The notes under the pieces were generated by a model, which ran no database searches, was not told the DNA's origin, and saw only the letters and a list, made by a program, of their open reading frames with translations. DNA of 64,000 nucleotides from Felis catus (taxonomy: Eukaryota), in the NCBI RefSeq assembly GCF_018350175.1, contig NC_058383.1:25360001-25424000 (forward strand), in the 5' to 3' direction. Of the stretch, positions 47,271 to 60,423 are shown piece by piece. Position numbers and translations under genes: made by a program. Numbering within the stretch: position 1 is the first letter of the stretch; each line of letters opens with the position of its first letter.

Positions 47271-49998
47271 TGTATGGTTTTCATACTCACAGACACAGCT
47301 GCTTGTGCACCCATACTCACACAAAAACATGCAAGTTCAAGTAGAAACACACACTTACAAAGCAACACGTGTATATGATACCTATGCTTCTAAATATGCA
47401 TTCCACACACTCCAATCCCATGCACACTTGCTTATTCATTCATACAGTGGTTCATACATATACATACCAAGCACACATATCAATGTGGCTCTGTCACTAA
47501 CATATGTATACACATGCATATACACATGGAGAGAGGGAGTGAGTGGGAGGCTGTGAAACCTATCATTCTGTCACTGTGCTCTGCAATGTAGTGGGGATGA
47601 CATCCCAGTCTTCATATGTTCCCATTCACTGGAGATGCCCCTTGTTCTGTGTTTAGGACACACTCTTTTTTCTATATTCAGAAGGACACTCAGAATAAGA
47701 TCAGGGGTTGTACAACATGACAAAATGTAAAACAAAATGAGATATCATAGAAGTGTGTATAAAGAGGACCATACCCTACTCCATATCCATAACCACTAGG
47801 GCAGTTGACATCTCACCCCACGTGTTAGCAGTCTGCCTACTGCATTTTTGGGGGCTGCACAGCAGTCTAGCAGGACATATAAGGTGCTAGAGCCAAGATT
47901 AAGAAGACTTCTAAGGCCAAGTGGTATGGGAAAGAAGAAGACTTAGAAGCAACTCTGAGATATGGTGAAATACCCAGGCAGTTCACTGCACATTGCCTGA
48001 CACACAGTAAGTACTCGGTGAATACTTGTTGGAGGGATGGAGAGATGGAGGGATGGACAAATGGATGAAAAGATGTGTGGGCAGATAGCATAGAACATTC
48101 TATATCCTGCCCCCCACTGTCACTCCTATAACTCAACGTCCTGGCACAGTAGTAGGCATATAGTAGATGCTCAAACAATAATTAAGGCAGCTTAACAATA
48201 ATTAAGGATGGATGGCTGGATGAATGAATAAATAATTCTGAATCTTCTTCATCCTTTTTGGAAAGAGTGTTTGCTACAATCAGCTTTGTGGATTAAGTAA
48301 AGTAATGCATGGGGGAGAAGAGAAGCCAGCATTTATTGGTATTTACTATATTCCAGGCTGACCGTGTGCATGTGCCATCACACTTAATTCTCAAAAGAAG
48401 CCTATAAGGTAGGTTCTATTATTATCTAATCCATTTTACAGTTGATAAACCTGAGACACAGAGAGATTAAGTACCTTGCCCAAGGTCACTTGTTCAAGCT
48501 AGTAAATGGAGAGCAAGGATTTGAACCAGAGCTGTCTGACTTGTTGGCAACCGTGCTACACTATAGAATGCTTTCCCCAAATGCAGTGGCGTGGAGAAGT
48601 CCAGTTTATGTAACAGATAAGGGAGAAGTAGCTCTGGCTGTTCTGACTTGAGACCCCAGAGCTCTGCTGCACCCCAATACCCTAACCTTGGCTCCTAAGA
48701 CACCTCTCTGTACCCCCAGAGCTCCCCCTGAAGCATGCTGTGGAAAACCACTGTTCTTTGGGATACTTCAGGGCTCTCTCCTGTGCTAAGCGGCCTCTGA
48801 GGCAACAGCCAGAGATCCCCCAAACTTCCCCCAAACTTCCAACCTGTAGGGAAAAAGCAGTGGGTGTGACACAGTGAAAGAATCCAGACAGACCTGAGCT
48901 TTGTCACCTTATCATTTTGAGCATCAGCTTCCTCAGATGTAAAACAGCAAAATAACATCAACTTCACAAGGGTGATTTAGGGTAAAGTGAGATGACTTGC
49001 ATGAAGTGCTTAGCTCTGGGCACAGTGCGTAGAATAAATGCTCACTAAAGGTCAGCTGGTGGCAATGGTAGTGGAGGATGCTTCAGAATATCCTACTTTT
49101 CTGAATCCTCATAGATGTCAACTTCTTTTCTTTGTCTCTTTGACAGCAGGGGATGGTAAAAAAGAATTAGATTTGATTTAGAATGCCAATTCTGCTATTC
49201 ATTAGCTGAGTGACCCTGGGCAAGTTACTTTACCACTCTGGGCTTTCATTTATATTTACTAAAATGGGGAAAATATGTCCTAACTTGGGTTGTGAGAATC
49301 AAATCAAATGAAGGATGCCATTCAGAAAAGAGTACACAGCATACTTATTTGTTCCCTATTTCCCAAGGACCTAGAGGCTTGGAGTGAGAACTGGCAGCCC
49401 CCACCACAACAAAGTCCACAGGTGTTTCCTTAGGACAAAGAATTCCTAGCTACTTCTCACCCTTGGGTTTACCATTCTCTCCTTCCCACCAGGCTCAAAG
49501 ACCTGCTGGCTTCAGTTCCTCTGCTGTGTCACAACTCCCTCCTTGTTATTTATTTATCTCAAAACAACAAGGGAAAAAGAGGAGGCTGGCCCTTTCCTTA
49601 GGCAGACTATCCTCAGAGATATAAATCGCTCCTCTTGCCAGACCAGACAAAGAAAGATTTGGAGTCCTGGATGAACTGTCTGCAAACTCCTGTCCCACAC
49701 CCTTGGCCCAGGGGAAAAGAGGGATCACCTAAGTTCTGTCATCCAGTTGGTATCATAGAGAAATAGCAGTCCCTGGGATTCCTGGGAAAATGACATGTGA
49801 GAGGAGGCTCTTCAGGGCCAGGAAGACAATTTACTAGACTGCTGTACCATCTAAATAATGCCTGGATGTTCTCATGACGCCTCCACCATCTTGTGAAAAG
49901 GAGCTCGGAGCAAGGCAGGAGGGCAGAATTCATATTAGTGAGAGGTAATTAGCTGTTACATCTGCCTCTGCCACTGCCCCAGGGGTTTGAGAGTCATG

Positions 49999-50009
49999 TT
50001 CTCTCTCTT

Positions 50010-50051
<42 letters not shown>

Positions 50052-50075
50052 CCTCCCTCCCTCCCTCCCTCCTCT
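49999..50075 (+). repeat. (CT)n/(CCCT)n polypyrimidine microsatellite
   Basis: Read directly. Confidence 0.95.
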
Positions 50076-51616
50076 TTCAGTTTCTCACTCTGGAGTATAT
50101 ATCTGTGTAGGGTGGGGGATGGCAGAATGTATGAAGCTCTAAGCTTGACATTTAATACACATACAAGAGAAAACAACAATCATGAACAGTATTTCCTGCT
50201 CACTAGACTGCCAATTACCCTTCCAAGGCTCTTTGCAAGAAATAGCTCATATAATTCTCCAACAACCCTATGAGGTAGATGCTTTATAACATCCATTTAC
50301 AGATATGGAATCTTAGACACAGGAGGGGCCCCTCCCCCCACCCAGGTCACACAGCTGGAAAGAGGCAGAAACTGAATGTGAACCCAGGATGTCAGACTCC
50401 AGAGTTGGCACTCTCAGTGACTCAGGAGAATGACTTCCAGAACCGTCCATGGAGTCCAAGCTTCCTTAGGTACTAAGACCCTGTTTGACAGGCAAATATT
50501 CATTCAATCTACTTGTTGCTTCAACATACATGTCCTGTGGAACAACCACGAGCCTGGCGCTGAGCACAGGTGTGATGGGGAGGAATCCGATTAGGCTCCT
50601 GCACAGGAACAGTGCTGAGGGCAGGGTAGATACATGTGCAAGGTGTCATAAGGTAATAATCATTGCGTTGGGCACTGTGTGTTAATTCATTTCGCCGACA
50701 CCATTGCCTTATGAAGTGGGTACGATTATTATCCTCATTTCACAGGTGAGGAAAGTGAGATACAAAAGTTTAGTGACTTGCCCAAGATCACAGTCAGCAA
50801 GGTGCAGACGCAGAAATGAAAACCGGGCAGTGTAGCTGCACAGCCTGCCCCTTACCCCCTTCCTGACACCACCCCATACCACACAGGGCAGAGTGGTAAC
50901 ACCATATGGACATCAGGATAAAATTCTAACGGCAGCCTACAAAGGGGGCTGGGGAAGGCTCCCCAGATCCAGCAATGTTTGGGAGGCCCTGAAGGATGGG
51001 GTGGATTTGGACAGATGGGAATGAGGGAGAGTAAGGTGAGGGGGTGCTTTGTGCAGAAAGCAATGGAGGGGCTGAGCCCCAAGGCAAGTGATGGACAGGA
51101 GGGTGTAGGGACTTACAGATGAATCTGAAATGAGAGGAAGAAAGGGGGGAGGGAGGAAAGAGGGAAGGACAGAGAGAGGGATACAAACCCAAGGAAAAGA
51201 AAAAGAGACAGGATTGAAGAAAAGGCAAGCAGTAGACGGAAGAAGGAGGGAAAGATGGAAATGACTTGCCAGAAACGTGAATTCTCTCAGGGCTTTTGCT
51301 AAGTATAAGGCTCATACACCTGGTGGCAGGTACAGAATGAAGATGCCATGAGGGGACACCTGGCCATGGGATTAAACAATGTCAAAGTTTATAGTCAGAA
51401 GGGTGTCCTCTTCTAAATTCTGACTACATCAAAGAGAAAGCTATAGTTTGGTGCCTCTGATGCTTGCTAGTCTTCCTTTCTAATAGAGTAGGCCTTGGGC
51501 TCACAGTCTTTGGTGGGCAATGATAAACAGCCAGCATTTGAGAACACTATTTTGTTTTCATTTTTATTATGGTGACTGGATATGGCAAAACCCACAAAGT
51601 TGCAAAATGACCAAAG

Positions 51617-51755
51617 CACTCGTTTTCCATCCTGGCTGCACTTTAGAATCATCTGGGAGTTTAAAAATACCGATGTCCAGACTACACCACCAGAGATTCT
51701 GGTTTGAAAGACCTGAGATGGGGCCAAGGCATCAGTATTTTTTTAAAGTTCTCTA
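51617..51755. mobile_element. MER5B-like element, left part (right part at ~58704-58738), split by L1 copy 2
   Basis: cctggctgcactttagaatcatctggga..aaataccgatg..cagagattctg..ggcatcagtattttt; resumes gattct..gcagcca..tgagaatcactg after the L1. Confidence 0.8.
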
Positions 51756-52760
51756 AAGTTTTAGAGAGAAGCCAAGATGGCAGAACAGCATGGAAGTTTT
51801 TTGTGTGTCTCGCATCCATGAAATACAGCCAGACCAACACTAAACCATCCTACACACTTAGAAAACTGATTGGAGGATTAACACAACAATCTGCACAACC
51901 TGAACCACAGAAATCAGCATGTACGCGGCACAGAGAGGTGAATTTGGGGAATGAGAAGCCATGGAGGGTAGGGAGCTGCTTTTGCTGACAGAGAGAGGGT
52001 GGAGACTGGGGAGGGGGGCAGAATACGGGAAAAGCACCCCTCCCCAAAAGCAGCTGGAGAGAAAGTGGAAAATTGGAAACAGGCTCAGGGACTGAACTAA
52101 AAAGGGAGAAAGGAGAAAGGAGAGGGTTTAAATTCCATTAACACTGTAAACAAGGAGAGCGCAAAGGCTGCAACTCCGCAGCTTGATACCTAGTAGTGCT
52201 CTGGTGGGAAGGGCGAATCCCCAGGAACAGAGTGGGGTCCGGGAGGTTCTCGGGCCACATGGGGAAAAGCGGTTCCACTGCTGGAAGGACATGTGGTAGA
52301 CTGTTGAAGCCACCTGACCCCAGCAGACCCCAGAAAATGGCCACATTTGCTGGTGCTGGAACAAAGTCCTTAAGGGTGAAGCCTGGTATCAGATGTGTGT
52401 TGTGATTTGCCATAGTCCCTGAAATGCTGCTGCTACACTATCTCGCGAACTTTCTCAGGGGTGGGCTGGCACCTGGCCACAGTCTCGGGACACCGGCAAC
52501 AGCAGGGTCCAGCGGGCATTCCTGGGTGCAGCCGACATTCAGCCATTGCTCGGTGAGACCCTCCCTCAGAAGGGCAGAGCGGGTCAAAGCCGCAGTCCTT
52601 CGGAAGTAAGGGGCTGGGGAAAACAGCCACATGTGAGACAAAACTTGGGAGAGAGGTACTGCCTGGGGCCTGGTCACGGAGAGTGGAAAAGCAGGGAGTG
52701 GATGAAAGCTGAAGATAGAGGACCCGTGTGCAATGGCTGATCTGGGAGAAGACACTGGGT

Positions 52761-52851
52761 GGCGCCATTTTCACCGCTCCTGCGCATGCGCATACGCACC
52801 TATGAGCACCGCAACAATCCACCCCAGTAGGCTAGCAGCGCCACCTAGTGG
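52761..52851 (-). promoter_or_regulatory. YY1 + NRF1 + CTCF motif cassette in L1 5' UTR (candidate antisense promoter/insulator)
   Basis: AAAATGGCGCC (YY1, minus strand, 52761-52771), TGCGCATGCGCA (NRF1 palindrome, 52781-52792), CCACTAGGTGGCGCTGC (CTCF core, minus strand, 52835-52851). Confidence 0.65.
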
Positions 52852-52999
52852 AGAGCGGAGCCATTACACTGAGCCCCGCCCAACTGGGCCAACATCTCTC
52901 TTCAAGAACTCAAGTCTCACCACTGGCTTAGTTTACGGACTATAAAGCACTACATAGACTTATAGGGGAAAACGAAGTAATTTCTGTCCTACTTCAATC

Positions 53000-53600
53000 T
53001 GTTAGCAGGTCCATCTATTCAATTTTCTTTCTTTTTTTTTCTCTTTTATACTTCTTTTCTTTTTCTTTAATACAGAAAGAGAAAAATTCATTTTTATTTT
53101 CAATTTTTACTACAAATATTTTTCTTTAATTTTTATTACTATATTTTTTATTTTGTGTAAATTTTTTCAAATTCTATTTTATTTCCAGCACTTTATTTTA
53201 GTCTACTTCAGTGTATTCACCTTTTCAAATTTTGAATCTCCTTTTTTCTTTATTTTTCTTTATCTTTTTCGCTTATTTTTCTTGAATGCAGAAAGAGAAA
53301 AACTTCATTTTTACTTTCAATTTCTATTAAAATATTTATCTCTAATTTTTTCTACTATATTCTTTACTTTTGTGTATGTTTTTTTAAAATTCTATTGTAC
53401 TCCCATCATCTCATTTTAGTCTACTTCAGTGTATTCATTTTTTTCAAATTCTCAAACAATTTCCTTTCAACACCCACACCAAAACACAACTAGGATCCAG
53501 CATCATTTATTCCATTTGTGTGTTTTTAATTTTTTAATTTTAATATTTTTTAATTTTAATGTTTTAATTTCAATTTTTCTACCTCATTAATTCCTTTTCT
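53000..53600 (+). repeat. T-rich tandem array (about 2 units) in L1 5' UTR
   Basis: Unit anchors near 53068 and 53284; one unit fewer than copy 1. Confidence 0.7.
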
Positions 53601-53609
53601 TCCTTCAAA

Positions 53610-54464
53610 ATAACAAAACGAATTAATTCACCCCAAAAGAAACAGCACAAAGAAACGACAGCCAGGAATTTAACCAACACAGATATAAGCAAGATGTCTG
53701 ACCAGAATTTAGAATCATGATAATAAGAACACTAGCTGGAGTTGAAAATAGATTAGAAGTAAAAAATAGCCAAATTGAAATTAAAAATGCTATAACTGAG
53801 CTGCAATCACGGATGGAGGCAGCGGCAGCAAGGATGGATGAAGCAGAACAGAGAATCAGTGATATACAGGACAAACTTATAGTGAATAATGAAGCAGAAA
53901 AAAAGAGGGAGATTAAGGCAAAAGAGCACGATTTAAGAATTAGAGAAATCAGTGACTCATTAAAAAGGAACAACATCAGAATCATAGGGGTCCCAGAAGA
54001 GGAAGAGAGAGAAATAGGGGTAGAACAGTTATATGAGCAAATCACAGCGGAAAACTTTCCTAACCTGGGAAAAGACACAGACATCAAAACCCAGCAAGCA
54101 CAGAGGACCCCCATTAGATTCAACTAAAACCGGCCATCAACAAGGCATATCATAGTCAAACTCACAAAATACTCAGGCAAGGAGAGAATCATGCAAGCAG
54201 CAAGGGAAAAAAAGTCCCTAACCTACAAGGGAAGACAGACCAGGTTTGCAGCAGACCTATCCACAGAAACTTGGCAGGCCAGAAAGGAGTGGTGGGATAT
54301 ATTCAGTGTGCTGAATCAGAAAAATATGCAGCCAAGAATTCTTTATCCAGCAAGGCTGTCATTCAAAATAGAAGAGGATAAAAAGTTTCCTAGACAAACA
54401 AAATTTAAAGGAGTCTGTGACCACAAAACCAGCCCTGCAAGAAATTTTAAGGGGGACTCTCTGA
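53610..54464 (+). pseudogene. L1 ORF1p (start ATG>ATA, stop, frameshifts)
   Basis: IKNAITELQSRMEAAAARMDEAEQRISD..RNNIRIIGVPE, PRILYPARLSF. Confidence 0.93.
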
Positions 54465-54598
54465 GGGGAGATATATAAATTATACAAATATTTATATAAA
54501 TTTATAAAAACTTATATAAATATATATAAATACCAAAAGCAACAAGATTAAAAGGACCAGAGAACACCACCAGGAATTCCAACTCTACAAGCATCATA

Positions 54599-57500
54599 AT
54601 GGCAATAAATTCATATCTTTCAGTACTCACTATAAATGTCAATGGACTCAATGCTCCAATCAAAAGACAAAGGATAACAGGATGGATAAGAAAACAAGAC
54701 CCATCTATATGCTGTTTACAAGAGACTCACTTTAGACCTAAAGACACCTTCAGATTGAAAGTAAGGGGATGGAGAACCATCTATCATGCTAAAGGTCAAC
54801 AAAAGAAACCCGGAGTAGCCATATGTATATCCGACAATCTAGACTAAAATATAGATTGTATAAAGAGATGCAGAAGGGCATTATATCATAATCAAGAGGT
54901 CTATCCACCAAGAAGACCTAACAATTGTAAACATTTATGCACCAAATATGGTAACATCCAAATATATAGATCAATTAATCACAAACATAAAGAAACTCAT
55001 CAAAAGTAATACCATAATAGTAGGAGACTTCAACACCCCACTCACAGCAAAGGACAGATCATCTAATCAAAAAATCAACAAGGAAACAACAGCTTTGAAT
55101 GACACACTGGACCAGATGGACTTAACAGATATATTCAGAACACTTCATCCTAAAGCAGCAGAATGTACATTCTTCTCCAGGGCACATCGAACGTTCTCCA
55201 GAATAGACCATATACTGGGACACAAATCAGCCCTAAGTAAATACAAAAAGATCGAAATCATACAATGCATACTTTCAGACCACAATGCAATGAAACTCAA
55301 AATCAACCACAAGAAAAAATGTGGAAAGGTAACAAACACTTGGAGACTAAAGAACATCCTACTAAAGAATGAATGGGCTAACCAAGCAGTTAAAGAAGAA
55401 ATTAAAAAGTATATGGAAACCAATGAAAATGATAACACCACAACCCAAAACCTCTGGGACGCAGCAAAGGTGGTCATAAGAGGAAATTATATAACAAACC
55501 AGGCCTTCATAAAAAAGGAAGAACGATCTCAGATACATAACCTAACCTTACGCCTTAAGGAGCTGGAAAAAGAACAGCAAATAAAACCCAAAACCAGCAG
55601 AAGACAGGAAATAATAAAGATTAAAGCAGAAATTAATGCTTTAATTTAATAAAGATTAAAGCAGAAATTAATTGAAACCAAAAAAACAGTAACAGACCAA
55701 TGAAACTAGAAGCTGGTTCTTTGAAAGAATTAACAAAATTGATAACCCACTAGCCAGTTTGATCAAGAAGAAAAAGGAAAGGACCCAAATAAGTAAAATC
55801 AAGAATGAAAGAGGAGAGATCGCAACCAACACAACAGAAATAAAAACAATAATAAGAGAATATTATGAGCAATTATATGCCAATAAAATGGGCAATCTGG
55901 AAGAAATGGACAAATTCCTAGAAACATATACACTACAAAAACTGAAACAGGAAGAAATAGAAAATTTGAACAGACCCATAACCAGTAAGGAAATCGAACT
56001 AGTAATCAAAAATCTGCCAAAAAACAGGAGTCCAGGGCCAGATGGCTTTCCAGGGGAATTCTACCAAACATTTAAGAAAGAGTTAACACCTATTCTCTTG
56101 AAGCCGTTCCAAAAATAGAAATGGAAGGAAAACTTTCAAACTCTTTCTATGAAGCCAGCATACCCTTGATTCCAAAACCAGAAAGACCCCAATAAAAAGG
56201 AGAACTATAGACCAATTTCCCTGATGAACATGGATGCAAAAATCCTCAACAAGATATTAGCCAACCAGATGCAACAATACATTAAAAAAATTATTCACCA
56301 TGACCAAGTGGGATTTATACCTGGGATGCAGGGCTGGTTCAATATCCACAAAACAAATAACGTAATTCACCACATCAATAAAAGAAAGGACAAGAACCAT
56401 ACGATCCTCTCAATAGATTTAGAGAACACACTTGACAAAATACAGCATCCTTTCTTGATAAAAACCCTCAAGAAAGTAGGGATAGAAGGAGCATACCTTG
56501 AGATCATAAAGCCATATATGAAAGACCCAACTCTAATATCACCCTCAACGGGGAAACACTGAGAGCTTTCCCCCTAAGGTCAGGAACAAGACAGGGATGT
56601 CCACTCTCACCACTGTTATTCAACACAGTATTGGAAGTCTTAGCCTCTGCAATCAGACAAGACAAAGAAATAAAAGGCATCCAAATCGGCCAGGAGGAAG
56701 TCAAACTTTCACTCTTCACAGATGACATGATACTCTACATGGAAAACCCAAGAGATTCCACCAAAAACTGCTAGAATTAACTCATGAATTCAACAAAGTT
56801 GCAGGATATAAAATCAACGCACAGAAATCGGTTGCATTCCTATACACCAACAATGAAGCAACAGAAAGAGAAATCAAGGAATCGATCCCACTTACAGTTG
56901 CACCAAAAACCATAAAAAACCTAGGAATAAATCTAACCAAAGAGGTGAAAAATCTATACACTGAAGACTATAGGAAGCTATGAAAGAAAGTGAAGAAGAC
57001 ACAAAAAAATGGAAAAAGATTCCATGCTCTTGGATAGAAAGAGCAAATATTGTTAAAATGCCAATACTACCCAAAGCAATCTACATATTCAAGGCAATCC
57101 CTATCAAAATAACACCAACATTCTTCACAGAGCTAGAACAATTAATCCTCAAATTTGTATGGAACCAGAAAAGACCCCAAATAGCCAAAGCGATCTTGAA
57201 AAAGAAAACCAAAGCAAGAGGCATCACAATCCCAGACTTCAAGCTATACTATAAAGCTGTAATTATCAAGACACTATGGTACTGACACAAAAACAGACGC
57301 TCAGATCAATGCAACAGAATAGAGAACCCAGAAATGGACCTACAAACGTATGGCCAACTAATCTTTGAAAAAGCAGGAAAGAATATCCAATAGAATAAAG
57401 ACAGTGTCTTCAGCAAGTGGTGCTGGGAAAACTGGACAGAGACATGCAGAAGAATGAACCTGGACCACTTTTACACCAGACACAAAAATAAACTCAAAAT

Positions 57501-58433
57501 GGATGAAAGACCTCAATGTAAGACAGGAAGCCATCAAAATCCTGGAGGAGAATGCAGGCAAAAACCTCTTTGATCTTGGCCACAGCAACTTCTTACTCAA
57601 CACGTCTCCGGTGGCAAGGGAAACAAAAGCAAAAATGAACTACTGGGACCTCATCAAAATAAAATGCTTCTGCACAGCGAAGGAAACAATCAGCAAAACT
57701 CAAAGGCAACCAACAGAATGGGAGAAGATATTTGCAAACGACATATCAGATAAAGGGTTAGTATCCAAAATCTATAAAGAACTTATCAAACTCAACACCC
57801 AAAAAACAAATAATCCAGTGAAGAAATGGGCAAAAGACATGAATAGACACTTCTCCAAGGAAGACATCCAGATGCCCAACCGACACATGAAAAAAATGTT
57901 CAACATCACTCATCATCAGGGAAATACAAATCAAAACCACAATGAGATACCACCTTACACCTGTCAGATGGCTAACATTAACAATTCAGGCAACAACAGA
58001 TGGTGGTGAGGATTCAGAGAAAGTGGATCTCTTTTGCATTGTTGGTGGGAATGCAAGCTGGTGCAGCCACTCTGGAAAACAGTATGGAGGTTCCTCAAAA
58101 AAACTAAAAATAGAACTACCCTATGACCCAGCAAATGCACTACTAGGCATTTATCCATGGGATACAGGTGTGCTGTTTCGAAGGGACACATGCACCCCTA
58201 TGGTTATAGCAGCACTATCAACAATGGCCAAAGTATGGAAAGAGCCCAAATGTCCATCAATGGATGAATGGATAAAGAAGATGTGGTATATATATACAGT
58301 GGAGTATTACTTGGCAATCAAAAAGAATGAAATCTTGCCATTTGCAACTACGTAGATGGAACTGGAGGGTATTATGCTAAGTGAAATTAGTCAGTCAGAG
58401 AAAGACAAAAATCATATGACTTCACTCATATGA
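54599..58433 (+). pseudogene. L1 ORF2p, full span but multiply disrupted
   Basis: NVNGLN, CLQETH, GDFNTPL, SDHN, PGPDGF, RT region (catalytic FADD reads FTDD), C-terminal region. Confidence 0.96.
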
Positions 58434-59030
58434 GGACTTTAAGGGATAAAACATGAACATAAGAGAAGGGAAACAAAATAATATAAAAACAGGGAGGGGA
58501 ACGAAACTGAAGAGACTCATAAATATGGAGAACAAACTGAGGGTTATGAGAGAGGTTGTGGGAGGGGGGATGGGCTAAATGGGTAAGGGGCACTAAGGAA
58601 TCTATTCCTGAAATCATTGTTGCACTATATAGTAACTAATTTGGATGTAAATTTTAAAAAATAAAAAATAAAGTTCTCTAAAGTTTTAAAGTTTAGAATC
58701 TGTGGATTCTAAAAGGCAGCCACAGCTGAGAATCACTGACTAGTCTTGAAAATATCTCATTAGCTCATTTAAATCATCACCTGTATGCCATTACTCTGAG
58801 TATAGAGACAAAAGTCCTGATCACACGATTGCTGAGGACCAGCGATCTAACCCTATGGTTCGTTCAGATCTGCCCCTTCTCCTATGATCATGCCCCCTCC
58901 CCAACCTTCATTCCAACACCCAGGAAGTGAGGCCCAGGCCTAGGATCATAGCACTAAAAAGTCTTGCAAGGTCCTCTAACTTGACCCAAGATTATACCAA
59001 AGCTACTTTGTATGAAGGTACATCGGTTTT

Positions 59031-59235
59031 TCAAAAATATTTTTTAATGTTTATTTATTTTTGAGAGATAGAGCACAAGCGGGGGAGGGACAGAAAGAGA
59101 GAGGGTGACACAGAATCTGAAGCAGGCTCCAAGCTGTCAGCTCACAGCCCAATGCAGGGCTTGAACCCAAGAAATGTAAGATCATGGCCTGAGCCAAAGT
59201 CGGATGCTAAACCTTCTGAGCCACCCAGGTGCCCC
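59031..59235 (-). mobile_element. Can-SINE
   Basis: Ends gagccacccaggtgcccc; degenerate TSD aaggtacatcggttt / aaggtattccagttt. Confidence 0.92.
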
Positions 59236-59889
59236 AAAGGTATTCCAGTTTGAAGCTTTCCACCTATGCCACGCTGCTCTCCAAATGCCTATAGACCCAG
59301 CTCTGGCAACATTACAATTCAAGCAGCCTTGCTAAGGAGCCTGGGAAATCCTGTGCCCTCTTCCCAGCCCATCCAGACTCAGTGGAGGGAAGCCAGCATG
59401 TAGTGCTCTTTTAATTAAGCCCCATATCAGTGCCAAATGCTCCCAGAGATAAAGGGTGGGAGGAGTCTCTGAAGTATGAGACAAGTTGACAAGGTAGGGG
59501 TCATAACAGATCTTTTCCCACTAGGCTCAATTTGCCTCTAATGACTTGTGATATAGCCAGCATCAATCCAGACTAGCAGCGACCTCCATGATGTGTTTGT
59601 TTTCTCTGTAAACCAGAACCAAGTTTTCACTCAAAGGAAATCAATTCCTAAAGATGCTGTTCCCTGAGACATTGATCCACAAAATAGGAAATCACATCCT
59701 TAAGTGCCTACAGGGGCCAAATAAGAAACATAAGCGAATGACACATGGCAGGATGAAAGGCAGTAGGGAGTAGTGGAGACTACAGCAAACTGGAGAACAA
59801 ATGGTAAGGAAAAAGCAGATGTAGAATTCTAGCCACCTGTTGCCCAGGAGGAATTGGGGTCCACTGTAGCCCAGTCTTCTGAATTCTTT

Positions 59890-60410
59890 AGGAAAGAAGG
59901 CTTCCCATTTCCCAGAGTAAAAGCCAAAGTCCTGACAATAGCTTATAGGACCTTCATCATCTGTTCCCCTCCACCACTCCCAATATCTCTGTGGCCTCAT
60001 TTCCTACCACTGCCACCCCACTTGCTCTGCTCCAACCACTGTGGACTACTGCTGATCCTCAAACACACCAGCCACTCTCCCATCTCAGGTCCTTTTGACA
60101 TGCTGTTCCCTCTGCCTGAAAGTTCTTACCCTAGAGCCCTCATGTCTCATTTCCTTACTGCCTTCAAATCTTTGCTCTGATCTCCACCCTCTCAATGAGA
60201 TCTACTCTAATTACATTCTTAAGTAATGCCATCTGCCACCCCCATACCCTAGTTCTCCAGAACCTTCTTTCCTGCTCTAATTTGTTTCTATAGTTTTGAT
60301 CACCCATTAGAATATAACCCCCACAAAAGCAGGTTCTCTTTTATTTACCACTATATCTTAAACACTTGGAACCAAATAATAAGTACTTAATAAACATTTA
60401 TTCAACAGAT
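59890..60410 (+). mobile_element. L2 3' fragment
   Basis: cagagtaaaagccaaagtcctgacaatagc..tgctgttccctctgcctg..tacttaataaacattt. Confidence 0.8.
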
Positions 60411-60423
60411 AACTGAAATCTTG

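Larger units (their letters stand above)
51764..58669 (+). mobile_element. Full-length felid LINE-1 (copy 2), inactive
   Basis: gccaagatggc 5' end, ~1.85 kb 5' UTR homologous to copy 1, ORF1/ORF2 fragments; perfect 19-bp TSD aaagttctctaaagtttta at 51745-51763 and 58670-58688. Confidence 0.97.

Noticed and set aside
15000..51600. Numerous 60-145 aa ORFs as host gene exons
   Set aside because: Most overlap MIR, L2, MLT, SINE or L1 antisense sequence. No recognisable domain or consistent exon chain, although small exons cannot be excluded by eye.
51764..58669. Retrotransposition-competent L1
   Set aside because: ORF1 start lost, multiple stops and frameshifts in both ORFs, and FADD reads FTDD.
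6155..58669. Segmental duplication containing the L1
   Set aside because: Homology stops at the element ends, and each copy has a different TSD and flanks.
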